Assembly: GCA_964019425.1 (NCBI GenBank)
Contig: OZ025783.1
Span: forward strand, 124,001-188,000
Reading direction: 5' to 3'
Source: Flectonema sp. DT1601
Lineage: Eukaryota
Length of the DNA stretch: 64,000 nucleotides
In this document: piece after piece, positions 1 through 12,556 of the stretch
Position numbering within the stretch: position 1 is the first letter of the stretch
How the letters are laid out: each line of letters opens with the position of its first letter
Program-made: the position numbers and the translations under genes
Notes under the pieces: generated by a model
Database searches by the model: none
Seen by the model: the letters and a program-made list of their open reading frames with translations, nothing else
What the model was told of the DNA's origin: nothing

Positions 1-439
1 GCTCATTGACATTAAGTGAGAAACCAGAAGATAACAAGCTCTCCAACACGCTATCGTTAGTACACAGCTTCGCTGCTACACAAAGTATCCCCTCAGGATT
101 CACTCCCGCTGTTAAGAAATCTTTAATATGAGTCACACGCCCTCGTTTAATCTCGTTTCGTAAACCCGAAGGAGTGATTGACTTCTTTAATGTTTTTAAA
201 TGTCGTCGTGCAACTTCTCCCTTTGACTGCACGAGTTCTAATTCACTGTCTCCTGAAACACCATAAGATGCTACTAATTTATTACCTTCTAGAAACTGAT
301 CTTCATAATACAAATCAAACAATAAAGGGTCCGTGCCTTCTTCTTCAGCAAGTTGGTCTTTAGCGTCGTTCACAGTTGTGGTTGCGCTAATTTGGATGAT
401 TGGGTTTCCGATGATTGTTCTAACTGAGACAGAAAGCAT
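1..439 (-). CDS. Ubiquitin-like domain + ankyrin-like repeat protein, 5' part (runs off window start)
   Basis: Hand-translated from ATG at 439: MLSVSVRTIIGNPIIQISATTTVNDAKDQLAEEEG...LYYEDQFLEGNKLVASYGVSGDSELELV (Ubl pattern), then FLTAGVNP...LCVAAK...LLSSGFSLNVNE (ankyrin-like). No stop to position 1. Confidence 0.75.
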   Translation of the reverse strand, partial: MLSVSVRTIIGNPIIQISATTTVNDAKDQLAEEEGTDPLLFDLYYEDQFLEGNKLVASYGVSGDSELELVQSKGEVARRHLKTLKKSITPSGLRNEIKRGRVTHIKDFLTAGVNPEGILCVAAKLCTNDSVLESLLSSGFSLNVNE

Positions 440-1365
440 CGAATACGTTAGTTGTTGGTAACCGGAAGTGTATATTTATTATCTGCTTGCTGTAATAGTG
501 AAAAAAGTGAAACAATTTTAAAATTAATAATAACATTTCTCCAACGTCGTAAACACACATCCAAACGGTAACCGTCTGCCAGTCAACAGCAGTTTTTTTT
601 TTTTTTTTTTTTTCTTCTCCTTTCGATGTTTTTTTTTGAAAGGTTTTATAAAGCTCGAAAGAGAATGGAGTATTACCACCACAGTATGATTTACTTTTCT
701 TTCTAAAACCTCTTTTTTTTTTTTTTTTTTTTCCTCCTCAATAAATAAGACTCCAAGAATCATATTTATATTATATTTTACTTCAAAATCAATCCCAATC
801 ATAAATAAAGGAAAGAAAAAATAACCTTCTTGAGCACGGACCTCGCATAGATGGGAAACGGTAGATAGAAAAAGGAAGGGTGGTCCCCCACATTGCGCAG
901 TGTCACAGCCTCTAAGAGCTGGCAGTTTTTTTTCCCCTATTTTTTCTTCCTCATGTTAGTTTGCATTATCACAAAAAAAAACATAAAGTGAAGAAGGACT
1001 GAGATGTTGTTAAGATACATCAAACCTATTCACAAACTACTAAATAACAAGTGTCGGAAACTAGTTATTTAGTAGTCCAGCAGTACAAATCAAAAAGAAA
1101 AAAAAAAGAAAGGGAGAAAAAAAAAATCATATTTTTCAATTTTATTAAACAAAAAAGAACAGCAGCTTTGATTAGCTGGTCCACAAACATCGGATTGCTT
1201 ACCGCAATGCGTACAGACTGCAATCTTTCATACAATCGAATTGCAGTGATGGGAAGAAAAGGGGAAACGGATACCAGTAAAACAAACTAAGAAAAACTAT
1301 ACGAGAATATGTATAATTTTCAGAGAAAAAAACAAAACAAATTCGTAGGTATAAGCACATCGTTG

Positions 1366-4300
1366 CTACGATGAGCTAGTCACTTTCTTAACTCGTAGAG
1401 GGGCTTGCGTCCCATCATCAGTCTCGCTGTCATCACTCTCGTAACCCTCGTCGTCTTCATCATCTCCACCAGACGACTCATCTTTTGGTAATGAGTGAAT
1501 TGACGAATTACTCACTCTCTTTCTTAACCTCTCTCTTAATGATCGTTTTATCTCAGACAGCGTTGGACGTTCTGACGGGTCAGGATGAGTCTTTTTTTTT
1601 GGTGTTTTGATATAAGAAGTGAAATCAAAGAAAACTTGTAACAAAAGAATACATACCATCCTTTCTATTAACAACATGTCATCTTTCCATTCCTTTTTGA
1701 ATTCTTCGCAGATCGCGTTTTCTCGTTCAGTTGCTCTGTTAGATTATTTATTACGTTGTTGCTTTTGTTTGTCTTAAAACTAAAATATAAAAAAGAAACA
1801 TACTTCAGAGATTGCAAGTGAATAATTCTTTCGCTATCTGTTGGCCTTTCCATGAAGAGTTCAAAATAAATAGCACCCAAAGAGTAGATGTCACTGTGTC
1901 TTCCGTAAGTTCCGTTATTTTGTTGTTCAGGACTGGCATAAAGTGGAGTTCCAGCAACACCTGTGGTCTGGTTTTCTTCTTGAAGCACAACACCGAGAGG
2001 TTCCCAATCAGATCGTTTTATCACAGAGAGACCAAAGTCACATATTTTTAGTATCATTTTACCCTTTGTTGTTCTATCGACTAACACATTACTCGGTTTC
2101 ATATCTCTGTGGAGGACTTCATTGTCGTGGAGGTGAAGTAACCCCTCAATTAACTGAAGCATTAGCTGACAGTTTTCTTTACTGCAGACGGTTGTTCGAT
2201 TATTCAACCAATCCTTTAGAGATCCTTCTCCGTAGTATTTCATTGCAATGAAGAGATGTCTTCGAGAGTGAAGACAATTTCTATTTCCAACGAGGGTTGT
2301 TAATGTTCTTGTTATGGTTTCAGAAGTACCTCCACCTGCAGAAGCAGCTCTGAGAGTTTCTTCTAATGACAGTTCTTCTTCCCAAGAGAAATTATATCTC
2401 GCGATGTTAGGGTGATCAAATGAAGCGTGCATACTCGCTTCTCTCATAGTCCTGTCTTCATCATCTCGGGATCGGAGTCTTATCTTTTTAACAGCATAGT
2501 GTTTTTTATCAGTTTTATTTTCAGCCAGCCAGACACTTCCGTAGCCACCACCACCGATGTCCCTGATTTCATTGTAATTTAATTGATATGTTGAAGGAGG
2601 TGTTTCAACTTCCTGAGTATCCCTCGTAGTTGTTGAGTCAGAGCAAACAGCTTCTTGATTAGTATTCGTGTTACCTCTCGAACAGTCATCACCATCTCTA
2701 AAGTATGAACTGTTTAGTGTGTTGTCCCAGTTCCTCTGACCACCCCGAGTCGAATCCGAATAGTCAGATTCAGGACAATTCTTAAAAACACGATTTCCTA
2801 ATTTACCTCCTGAAGAAGAAGAAGAGCTTGAATCAGATTGTTGTCTAAATAATGTTGTCTTTTGATCAGCAGGTGACGCAGTATTTTTGAACACACGACT
2901 ACCTAACTTACCACCACCTGAAGAAGAAGAGCTGTCAGAGTCATCCGATGCAACAGTTGCAGTTTTTGACGGTTTTTGAAAGACGCGATTTCCAAGTTTT
3001 CCTTCACCCGATGAACTGTCAGAGTCAGAGTCAGAAGAGCTTTCAGAAGAACTCTCATGTTCAGCAGCAGGCGTCTGTTCTGAAGTCTTCACTTTGTTAT
3101 TATTCTTTGATGAGTTGGATTCAGAATCTAATGAATTTGATATCTTCGTATCCTCAACTGCTGTTGTCTCTTCGAGTAAAGAGACTTCTTCAATTTGAAG
3201 TAATTCACAAAAGTACTCGCGGTCTGGGTCCTCTTCACTGGAGGCAATCTGACCTCCACCGATATCAAAGACACGTACCCCGCTAGTTGTGATGGCGTCA
3301 TTAACTTCTTCTTTAGAAGTGGGTGACATGTATTCAATACAACTATTAGAAACTACGACAATTACTTTGTGTTGCTCAGCATCTGAACTATTTTCAAACA
3401 TTTCAATTGCGAGTGAGATTCCCTTCTCAATAACACTTTCAGTGTCTCTGGTGCAGTTGTTTAAATGCCATTCGAAATCTGCGTTTACTTCTTCCTCATC
3501 CATCGAAAGTTTTCCGCCGGTTCCAACTCCTCTCGGGGTCGTTTTCGCGTTTGCTCTTCCTGCGGAACTGTCTCCTGAAAACTGAATGACTCCCACACGA
3601 AGAGAACAGTTCTCTGACTGCAACATCTTGTGAGACCAGTTTCGAAGAGTATTTATTAAAGTAGAAAATTGTAATGATGTTGAAGTTGTGTTACTGAGTA
3701 GCAGAACGACATCAATAGAGGGAACCTGTCCTCCTTCAGTTGATACTCTTGAAGACCTAAGTAACCCTCCCTCACCTGATGATTTACGAGAACGCTCTCC
3801 TGTGATGCCAGCCTTTTGAAATGTAACTACATCTCTTCCACTAGCCATGACTGGTTTTACTTCAGGACTCGAGATGTCAGCGACAGCAACTTCTCTTTCA
3901 CCAGTGAGACCAGCTTTCTGATAAGTAACAACTCCTTTTGGGGTTGTACTGAGTGGTGAAGTTGCTTCTGTTGGGGTATCTTCTTCTTCAGGTTCTGGAG
4001 ATGGTTCTGTTCGAAAAAAGAATCTTCTCAGAGACTGACTCATCCACACGATGTATGTAAACAACAGAGTCAATGCTGCTATGAAATACTCTCGTGGAGG
4101 AATATTGAATAGTTTCAACGCAATTCTACGAACAGATTGAATCGGAGAAGATGACGTGTTTGTAGGTTTCTGTACTGGATTGACAAGTCCGTGATCGGGG
4201 TTGTTATAATCAAAGTAAGGAATATCTGGAAGGACGTCAAGAAAATGAATATTAGCATCGACATTACCTTGCCTAACTCTATGCATCAGGGGTACTAGTG

Positions 4301-5231
4301 CACCAGATCCTAAATCATCATCATCAGCAATAACACCATTATTCTCAATTAACAAGTCACGATTATGTCTGATACCAAGTGCGTGTAATGATCTTCCTTC
4401 TCCGGACAGTGTCGTTACTAGGAAGGGTTTCCCTTCGATTTCTTGCAAACAAGCAGCCTCATTTCCTTGAAATACTAATCTCATCTCCTTCATATATCCT
4501 GAAGTCACATTGTGAAGTTTGATGGGTGCTGATGGTAGTTTCGCTTTCCAGAGGATTTCATCTGACATGTCATTTCCATTAAAAGCAATTAACACATCTC
4601 CAGCACCGACTACCACACGGGGTACAGATAATGAATGTGATAAAGGATCGACACAGTTGTGTGGTCTTTGAAAGACGTTAATATTACCCACTGTTTGCAA
4701 CGATTCTGTTCCATCTTTCTTAACTTTTAAAGTGATGTCGTGTCTTATTATATCAAGTGTTGTGTTTGAATCTGTGTTCATCAAACCGTCAACATAATCA
4801 ACAGAGAATTCTTTGTGAACCTTCGATGCCATTAAAAGACTGCCATCTGGTAATTTCTGAGGAGGAACCCCAACAACCCTGTCTAAACTTCCTCTATTAG
4901 AAAGTCGGTCACCTTCTACTATGTAAAAGTCAACGCTGTTAGTGCTTCCGTGTGAATCATCTCCGTCAGCTGTTTTAAAAGCAGCAACAAACTGAGAGTC
5001 ACCCTGGACAGCACCTACAAGTGAACCTCCGGTATCAAAACTCCATAATATCCTTCCAGTCCAACCATCTATCCCAGTTACGCTTCCATCTGATGATGAA
5101 ACAATATATGTTACTGGTTGTCTGATACTGGGACCAACCGCATGTCCTCTAACTTCTATAGCGCTTGTTCGATGAGCGCTAAGGGACACTGCCATCAAGA
5201 AAAAGGTGCTGAGGTAGTAGATCGACTTCAT
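1366..5231 (-). CDS. PERK/PEK-like transmembrane eIF2alpha kinase with IRE1/PERK-type luminal domain and VWA-like cytosolic insert
   Basis: Signal peptide; SSSDGSVTGIDGWTGRILWSFDTG luminal motif; TM segment; kinase motifs IGGGGYGSV, YAVKKI, HPNIARY..SW followed by an insert, HRDMKPSN, DFG, GTPLYASPEQ. Introns 1736-1803 and 1591-1656 join the 1187-aa and 103-aa ORFs and restore ...IERM|THPDPSERPT. Confidence 0.9.
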
Positions 5232-5311
5232 GCGGTTTTCATTTGGTTGGTAAGGTGACTGTAAAAATTAAATTAAGTTTATTCCAATGTACAACAAACA
5301 CAAATACTATA

Positions 5312-5376
5312 TATTTATTTACGAAGCCTAGGAGCTAAAAGTCAGGAAAAGCTTAACAGGGTAACAGTTATATCGC
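5312..5376. repeat. Diverged ~65-bp direct repeat, copy 1 (copy 2 at 6589-6657)
   Basis: Both copies share tatttatttacgaagcctagga...tcaggaaa..gct.aaca...gtaacagttatatcgc. Confidence 0.8.
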
Positions 5377-6588
5377 AAGCAATTCAGAAAGCTTGAATTC
5401 TGACCCGTCAGGATTGATCAGTGCATCTACTATAGAAAGGTCGTCTATAACAATATTTAAGTCGGCAGCTTTATACGAATTATCAATAAGTTTTCATAAC
5501 ATGGTTTTTCACAACATACCCTGAAGCGGAAACTTTAACAATAACAGATTGTCAGATAACTCCTTAAAACAATGTAAAATCAGAATAACAACTAACAATG
5601 GACCCAACATCGATGACTTTCTGTGGTAAGAAAAAGAATTTCAACTAATTAATAACATTGCTGCGCTCACTGTATTGAAGACTATTTTCCTTGCCACCAC
5701 AACTTCGTTGAATAAACTAAAGGGGTTTTGGGGTGAGGCTCCCGTGAGTAATGAGGACTTTATTATTTTCATTCTTATTTAGTGGGGAAGTTGGGAGGGG
5801 ACTCAAGAGGTATTTCATCGCAGCAGAGTGCGCTTTTTTTTTTTTTTTTTTTTTTCCAAACTTTTTTTTTTTCAATTTTTTTTTATTTTTTTTATGAATA
5901 GTTGTCTGAGAACCTTCCCCTTCTCAGGATTGCAATTCGTTTTTTATCCTCCATTCGACTTTGATGCCTTTACAAATAATAGAAATTGTGCAAAACTATT
6001 TTTTCTCCGTTTTTCCCTTACGCCTTTTTAAATGAAATTGTATTCGAACGACACATTAATTACTGCGTTCTTTTTATTTTATTTTTTTTCCTGCTTCCCC
6101 CTTGTTCTTGTTAAAGTTGTATTTTTTTCTTCTTCTTTTTTGGCAAAGGGGAAAAATGACGGGGGCAGTGCTCTTGGGATAACGAAAAACGATAAATCCT
6201 TGTGGGTTCCTCTCCAGATGTAGTGAAGCTGGAGTCTTCTTCAAGCAACGCGGAAGATGAGTTGAGGGCTTCTGAAATGGAATAGAGGATCGGAAATGGA
6301 TCGAATCGGTACGTAGTTAAGATTAGTGAGCTACAGTTATTCAACCAACCTCCACAGACAGGGTGCTGGGGACGATAATTCAACATGTGAACGACAACGA
6401 ATTGATCTCAAAATAAAAGAATGAAATAGTTCTCGTGACTTCACATGTTCCATTCTCTACATGTTAGGTTCTAAATGTCGTATCCCCTCACCTCCCCTCA
6501 CCTTTATTCATCCGACTAATGGTGCCAAACAAGAGTCTGCCAACCGACAGGAGTACGAAGCGTTTTAAGTACCTACTGGAGACTTATT

Positions 6589-6657
6589 TATTTATTTACG
6601 AAGCCTAGGAAGCCAAAAATCAGGAAATGCTCAACAAGTAAGTAACAGTTATATCGC
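6589..6657. repeat. Diverged direct repeat, copy 2
   Basis: Aligns by eye to 5312-5376 with small indels. Confidence 0.8.
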
Positions 6658-8083
6658 TACCAGCCAACCGTGAGAATCTCACAGACGATTAGAGACGTAG
6701 AATAACCCACAACAAATGGATACTGACTTCACAATGCTCTAAAAGAAGTAATTTAATATAGTGAACAAGTTATCATCCGTTGGTAATGTTGTTAGTCAAT
6801 GAACTAAAACCTTCGCTGATAAACAACTCTGTGTGGCCACTACTGAGGTTGCCGTTCATTTTGTCATTTATCGAGTCGTCAATACATCTATTTCCCACTT
6901 TGCCAATTTTTTTTTTGAAAAAATGCAAGAAAAACGTGTTTTATCCCATTTTTTTTTTAGGGCTCAAAAAAAAGAAAAGAAAAGAAAAGAAACAAAAAAA
7001 AAAAAAAGGTTAGCCAACTCATTGCAACCAGTAGAAAACAAGACAGGGAGTTCTCATTTCTGGTAACTTCACATTCAAAGTCAACAGAGTCCCTCCTATT
7101 CAATTTTTCGCAGTCTACAAAGACTGGAGTGTGTAAAATGCTTCCTCTCGCCCACTGATGCTGTGGCAGTTAAAATAGTTCGCAAGTCATTTTGCAACTA
7201 AAAAAGCTGCCACATGAATGTAAAAGACGGTTATAGAAGCTTCGTTTTTTTCAACGTTTTTTTTTTTTTTTTCCCTTCTTTCTCGCAGAAAGTCTTTGTC
7301 CGCAAAAAAGAATTTTAGACTAAACCATTTGCACCAAGAGCAATGCTACTGGACTGCTACATCAGCTCAATGATTAACATTATGCCGCAGCATTCGAACT
7401 AAACAAGATCGGCATCTCACGGCAACAACTACATTGGTGCCTCAGCGGCACAACATCGATGCAATGCAAAACACAGCAGAGCTCCCTTGCATTATTGTAC
7501 TTTCGATAATACACAAAAAAAAAAAAAAAAAAAAAAAAGACAAAAAAGAAATAAATAAAAAAAATAAGTGTCTGTAGCTTTTTAACTTTTTTTTTTTTTT
7601 TTTTTTTTTTTTTCCCCCATTCTTTTATTTTTTTCTCCTCACAAACCTTTTACGCAGTTAATATGCCGGTTTGTTATGTACCTCAAAAAAAAAAGAAAAG
7701 AAAAAAAAAAAAATAGGGAGGGGAGGGGTAGGAAAAGAAAGTATGAAATTACAAATAGAAAACTAGGTGATGCCTGCTTGCAAGGAGTACCCAAGACTAA
7801 TAGTAGCACTCGTCAAGCAAGCACATCACTGCAGAAAAAAAGTTGTACTTTTATGAAATGGAATATCCTGTTCAAGTACAACTAAAAAGTTCAAAATACC
7901 GAAAAATATGAGAAACAAGATTCACGCACGACACAGGAACAGCTTTCTAACTTTCCGTCTTTTTTTTTTGCGTAACCATACTACTAAGGAGAACAGAGAA
8001 TATTAGAAAGGGTCATTTGATTCCATAAACTATTTTTCTACTTAATTTCGTTGAGAGTAACAATAAGTAATTTAACAACACAA

Positions 8084-9571
8084 TTAAATACCAGAAGGTG
8101 GTAACGTGTCATCAGAAGGTGGAACTGGGGGCATGCCAGGCATACCTCCGTAGAAGGGCCAGGGAAAACCAGAAACCCATGGAGGTGGATACCACTGTGC
8201 GTATGGCCAGAAGTAGTTGCCTCGTGAAGACCCAGAGTCAAATGAAGAAGAAGAAACGCCGGAACCACAGGTCCTTGAACTAAATGCGCTGCTAGGAGAT
8301 GGGATTGAAGCCTTCATTCCACTTGTTCGAGATTGCCTACTCGGAGGTGGCATTCCTACAGGTGGTGGATACCCCCACTGCCCATAATACATCATATGAG
8401 GAGGACAGGGACCAGGCCATCCTTGAGGACCCATAGGATCCATCGGGTAAGACCTCATCCCGCGAGGTGTGTGAAGAGATGAAGAACTGTCCTTCCCTTC
8501 CTTCGCCTTGTCTTTCCGCGGTGTTCCAATTCCAGATATTGCCGATGAGCCAATTTCTAACATAACAGAGTCGACCATATTCCTTAATTGTTTTACTTTC
8601 TGTTCACCTCCTTCACTACTTCCATCATTTTGTTGAGTTTCTAAATGTTTTGAGAGCGCTCTCTCAATCTTCTTACGAAGTGTTGTGTCAGATCCCATTC
8701 TCACTGCCTCACGAGAAGAGGATGCTTCGGAAGAAGATTTCTTCCCTCGCTTGCCTTTTGATGGGCGAGAGCAGGCTCCTTTGCAACCATTCATTTCATA
8801 CTGAGCAGCCATCCAGGCTTGTAGATCTGCTGGGTCTGGCATCATAGGAGGTATTAGTTGATGTTGTGGTATATTAAGAGAAGCTCTCGAACTTCCCCTG
8901 TCTGACGGATCAGGTGCAATACTTTTCTCACTTCTCGAAGTGGTTGATTTCAATGCCAATGAAGGATGTCGTGCTTCCATATCATTATAATCAACTGCAC
9001 AAGAACTTTCTTCTCTCTTGGTCCAGACTTTTGCTTGGGCAGGAGCAGGCGCCACTGGTGGTGGATGTGCATATTCTACTTCAGGGCTAATAGTTAATGA
9101 ACCTGGAGTAGGAAACCCACCATTAGTTGTTTCATTACTAAAGCCTTCATGTGCATTAAGTGGAAGAAATGATTGCATAGAATTACCATGATTAGGTGGT
9201 GGAGGGTTAGCTGACACTAGAGCTCGTACTCTACTTACCATTTGATCAAGAGGACGATATTGAGTTGGTGTACTGTGTCTACATGATTCAGGTGTTGGTG
9301 TTCTCTCTTGGAATGATTTCGACGGGTTTGATTTTTCATCCCAACTTCCTCGTTCTTGTGGACTCAGTCTGAGCATTCCTCCTTCCTTTGGACTTACTCC
9401 ATACCGACTAGTTGGTTTTCTGTAAATACCACCTGGTGGTGGTGTTGTTCCCAATTCATCAGAACTCTCAGCGCTACGTTTTCCCTTCTTGTGATCTCCA
9501 ACTCCAATCTTTTTCTTCGTTATTCCTTCCTTCTCTTTTGGTTTTCGAGAGGAGTACGAAGATACAGTCAT
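8084..9571 (-). CDS. Hypothetical low-complexity Ser/Pro-rich protein
   Basis: 495-aa ORF on the cluster strand, with a pyrimidine-rich AG at 9627 upstream. No recognisable domain. Confidence 0.8.
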   Translation of the reverse strand: MTVSSYSSRKPKEKEGITKKKIGVGDHKKGKRSAESSDELGTTPPPGGIYRKPTSRYGVSPKEGGMLRLSPQERGSWDEKSNPSKSFQERTPTPESCRHSTPTQYRPLDQMVSRVRALVSANPPPPNHGNSMQSFLPLNAHEGFSNETTNGGFPTPGSLTISPEVEYAHPPPVAPAPAQAKVWTKREESSCAVDYNDMEARHPSLALKSTTSRSEKSIAPDPSDRGSSRASLNIPQHQLIPPMMPDPADLQAWMAAQYEMNGCKGACSRPSKGKRGKKSSSEASSSREAVRMGSDTTLRKKIERALSKHLETQQNDGSSEGGEQKVKQLRNMVDSVMLEIGSSAISGIGTPRKDKAKEGKDSSSSLHTPRGMRSYPMDPMGPQGWPGPCPPHMMYYGQWGYPPPVGMPPPSRQSRTSGMKASIPSPSSAFSSRTCGSGVSSSSFDSGSSRGNYFWPYAQWYPPPWVSGFPWPFYGGMPGMPPVPPSDDTLPPSGI

Positions 9572-10980
9572 ATTTGGATAAAACAGTACTAGTCAGAAGC
9601 TGGCTAGTAATACTGCTATCCCAATCCTGGTTAAAATAATAAAAGTAAGTAATCGATATTATTATAGTAAAGTATTTATGTTTTTTGTGCATCATGCAAC
9701 ATACACACTATTACGAGACCGACAGCTGTGTTAACAGGTACACTGCCGGTGGTCATTCTCGCTTCGGGTTGCTCTCTTCGATTAATCTCCATTCGGAAAG
9801 GCACACTGTAGAGGTGCTTCGAGCACTAAACTACTTCACCTCCTAATTCGTTCAATGGGATGAACGTCTGAGGGTTGGCATTTTCAAGGGGTTCGCGTGT
9901 GTGTGTTGAGTTTTTTTTTTTTAATTTTTTTTTATAATTCGTTTTTTTTTTTTTTTGTACTTTTTTTTTCCCCCCGCTCTAACTTTTTAATCTTCATTTA
10001 TTTCATTTTTTTTTTATTTTTTTTTGTCCTCCCCTCAAGGAAAAAGAAAAAAAAAAACAAGCTGTTTTTGCTTCCGGACAGAGACCGTCTCTCGAAGCCA
10101 CTTTAACGTGGAACTCAGTCCGCAATTCAAACACCACCAATTTCATAAATGTATGGTGTTTTTCTTGAAAACCATAACATAACAATAAAAGCACTGTATC
10201 AGTGACTACCGATGGTTGTGCAAACTGTCAAAGAGAGACGTAAGAAATGTCAATAGGCAGTGAAAAGCTTCAAAACACCTCTCCAAAAAAATCTCACAAG
10301 AAAAAAAAAAAAAAAAAAAATCGAAACTAGTGAAAGCTGTTGTAAAACACATCATGAAGTGAGTTAAATAAATTGTCACCTTTGTGTAGCCCTCCGTCTT
10401 TCCTTCTTGCTAATATGTAACTGACCCTGATGGATAGACGGCCCTACCCTCGTAGTAGGATAATAACAAATACACACGACATACTTGTAAATCACCAACT
10501 ACATCATCGAGAGTACCAGGGAGGGGAAAAAAAAAAAAAAAAAAAAAAGAAATAAAAATGAATCACGAACAATCAGCAAGAAAAGGATAAGAAAAAAAAA
10601 AAGAGAAAGAAAAAAAAACAGGCACACAAGCTACTTGCCTTATTTTTTACAAACTGAAAAAAAGTACTTGCTTGCCTGAACTGTTTTTTTTCTCTCTCTC
10701 TTTTTTTGTTTGATTCAATTCTTTCGTTGTGCAAGTTAATGGCTAAGAGTCCCAACACGCAGCATGGCGCGTGAAAGGGTCTAAAGCGAGTCTTTATTTT
10801 AATCCGAGCATTACAGGCTAAACAGAATGAATAACACACAGAATAAATCACTTTTTGTAAAAAAAAAAAAAAACGGGGAGAGGGATAGGAGCGTCAGGAC
10901 AAAAGAAAAAAAAAAAAAAAAAAAGCACTATTATTCTCTTCTTTCTTCGCTAAGAATCATGTAAGGAAGCTTTAAGAGAC

Positions 10981-11627
10981 CTACCCAAGCTTCTTTAACC
11001 AAGTCCAGATAGCTTCCTCCTGCTCAGAAGAAACGCTTTCATTGTACAGATACATCTGGTTAAATTCCTGTAGATCAGTCTTGCTCCAACACTTGATATC
11101 AGTAAGTGACATTCCGGCAAGCTTCAGTTTTTCATTAAACATCTTAACTAAGTCACTTGATGAGCCACCTGCACCTCCTCCAAGAGAACCAGCAGGCATA
11201 GGAGACATGTTATTATTCGCATCGAATGCACCTTCAGGTTCTAGTGATTCTAACGTAGTTGGTAGGGATCCCTGCTGTAGTTATATTTATTTATTATCTG
11301 ATGTTACATTAATAGCAATTAACTAAATCATAAAAAATATAAAAAAAACATACTCCCTGTGTAAAGAATGCTGGTAGTTCACTGTGCTTGTCATCGACTG
11401 ATTGTTTTACTCCAAAGCCCATCAATCCTTGTTGTTTATCTGTGAGTTTGTTGTGTGTGTTATGTATGGTGAGGTACGGGTGTTTATTATTTATTCGAGT
11501 TGAGAACATACCACCGCCCGCCCATAAGTCTTCCTTCTTGTTCCAGTCACGTTGGGCAGGCTCTTTCTTGGTTTGCTGCTGTGATTGCTGCTGTTGCTGT
11601 GAAGCTTGCTGAGCTGCTTGCTGTTGT

Positions 11628-11665
<38 letters not shown>

Positions 11666-11687
11666 CTGTTGTTGCTGCTGTTGTTGT

Positions 11688-11719
<32 letters not shown>

Positions 11720-12356
11720 TTGTTGAAGCTGCTGCTGCTGTACCTGTTGGACCGCTTGCTGTTGTTGTTGTTGCTGCTGAAGTAGTTGCTGTTGCTGCTG
11801 TTCCAACATGTACAACTGTGCGGATTCCAACTGGGAGTTTAATCCTCCCATATCTCCACTCATCATGTATGCGTATGGAAGTGTGTTAACCTGACCAACA
11901 AGTGGCTGTGGAGTTGGTGTTGGTGCTGCTTGGTTTGTCTTTCCGAATGTGCGAGCCTTCTGTTCAATTTGTTCGCTTGCATTGGCAATTTCGCGGACTA
12001 GGTCGAGTAGTAGACTGTTGTTTGTTTTATTTCTTATTTCTGATTAAGAAATAACTATCAGAAAACAACAAACAATACATACGATTGAAGAGCATCCTTA
12101 CTCGCATTCTGAAGGATCACTAATGCGTTCGGAGATAGGGAACTCACCTTCTTCGCCCGCTGTTGTTGCATTTTTAGTGTTTGTGGATCTGGCATCGAAC
12201 GGGAGAGATGTTTAATAAAAATGAATAAGCCTACAAGAGGATACTCCCTAAGCACGAGCCTTCACCGAATAAAAAAATAAATCATAAGCACGAATTGATC
12301 TCCCTGCTTTTAATCTGGTCCCTTTTCCATAAATATTTTGTAAAGGGGAAGGCTAC

Positions 12357-12389
<33 letters not shown>

Positions 12390-12525
12390 GACATCTGGTA
12401 CCAACTTCAACTGCTGCAGCCAAAAAGGAAACAAAAAAAAACAAGTCGAGTGTGAAAACCGAATTTACATTGGAAGCAGGTAGTTGATATTTGATACCAG
12501 AAGTAGACATGAAGAGTACACAAAC

Positions 12526-12556
<31 letters not shown>

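Noticed and set aside
6111..6386. 91-aa minus-strand ORF in the gene-free gap
   Set aside because: No recognisable motif and it ends in a homopolymer-derived tail; cannot be supported.
9627..9792. Possible upstream coding exon and GTATGT intron (9627-9704) for the 495-aa gene
   Set aside because: Splicing creates an immediate TGA, and an in-frame stop precedes ATG 9571. At most a uORF or UTR intron; the acceptor looks like the pyrimidine-rich upstream type.
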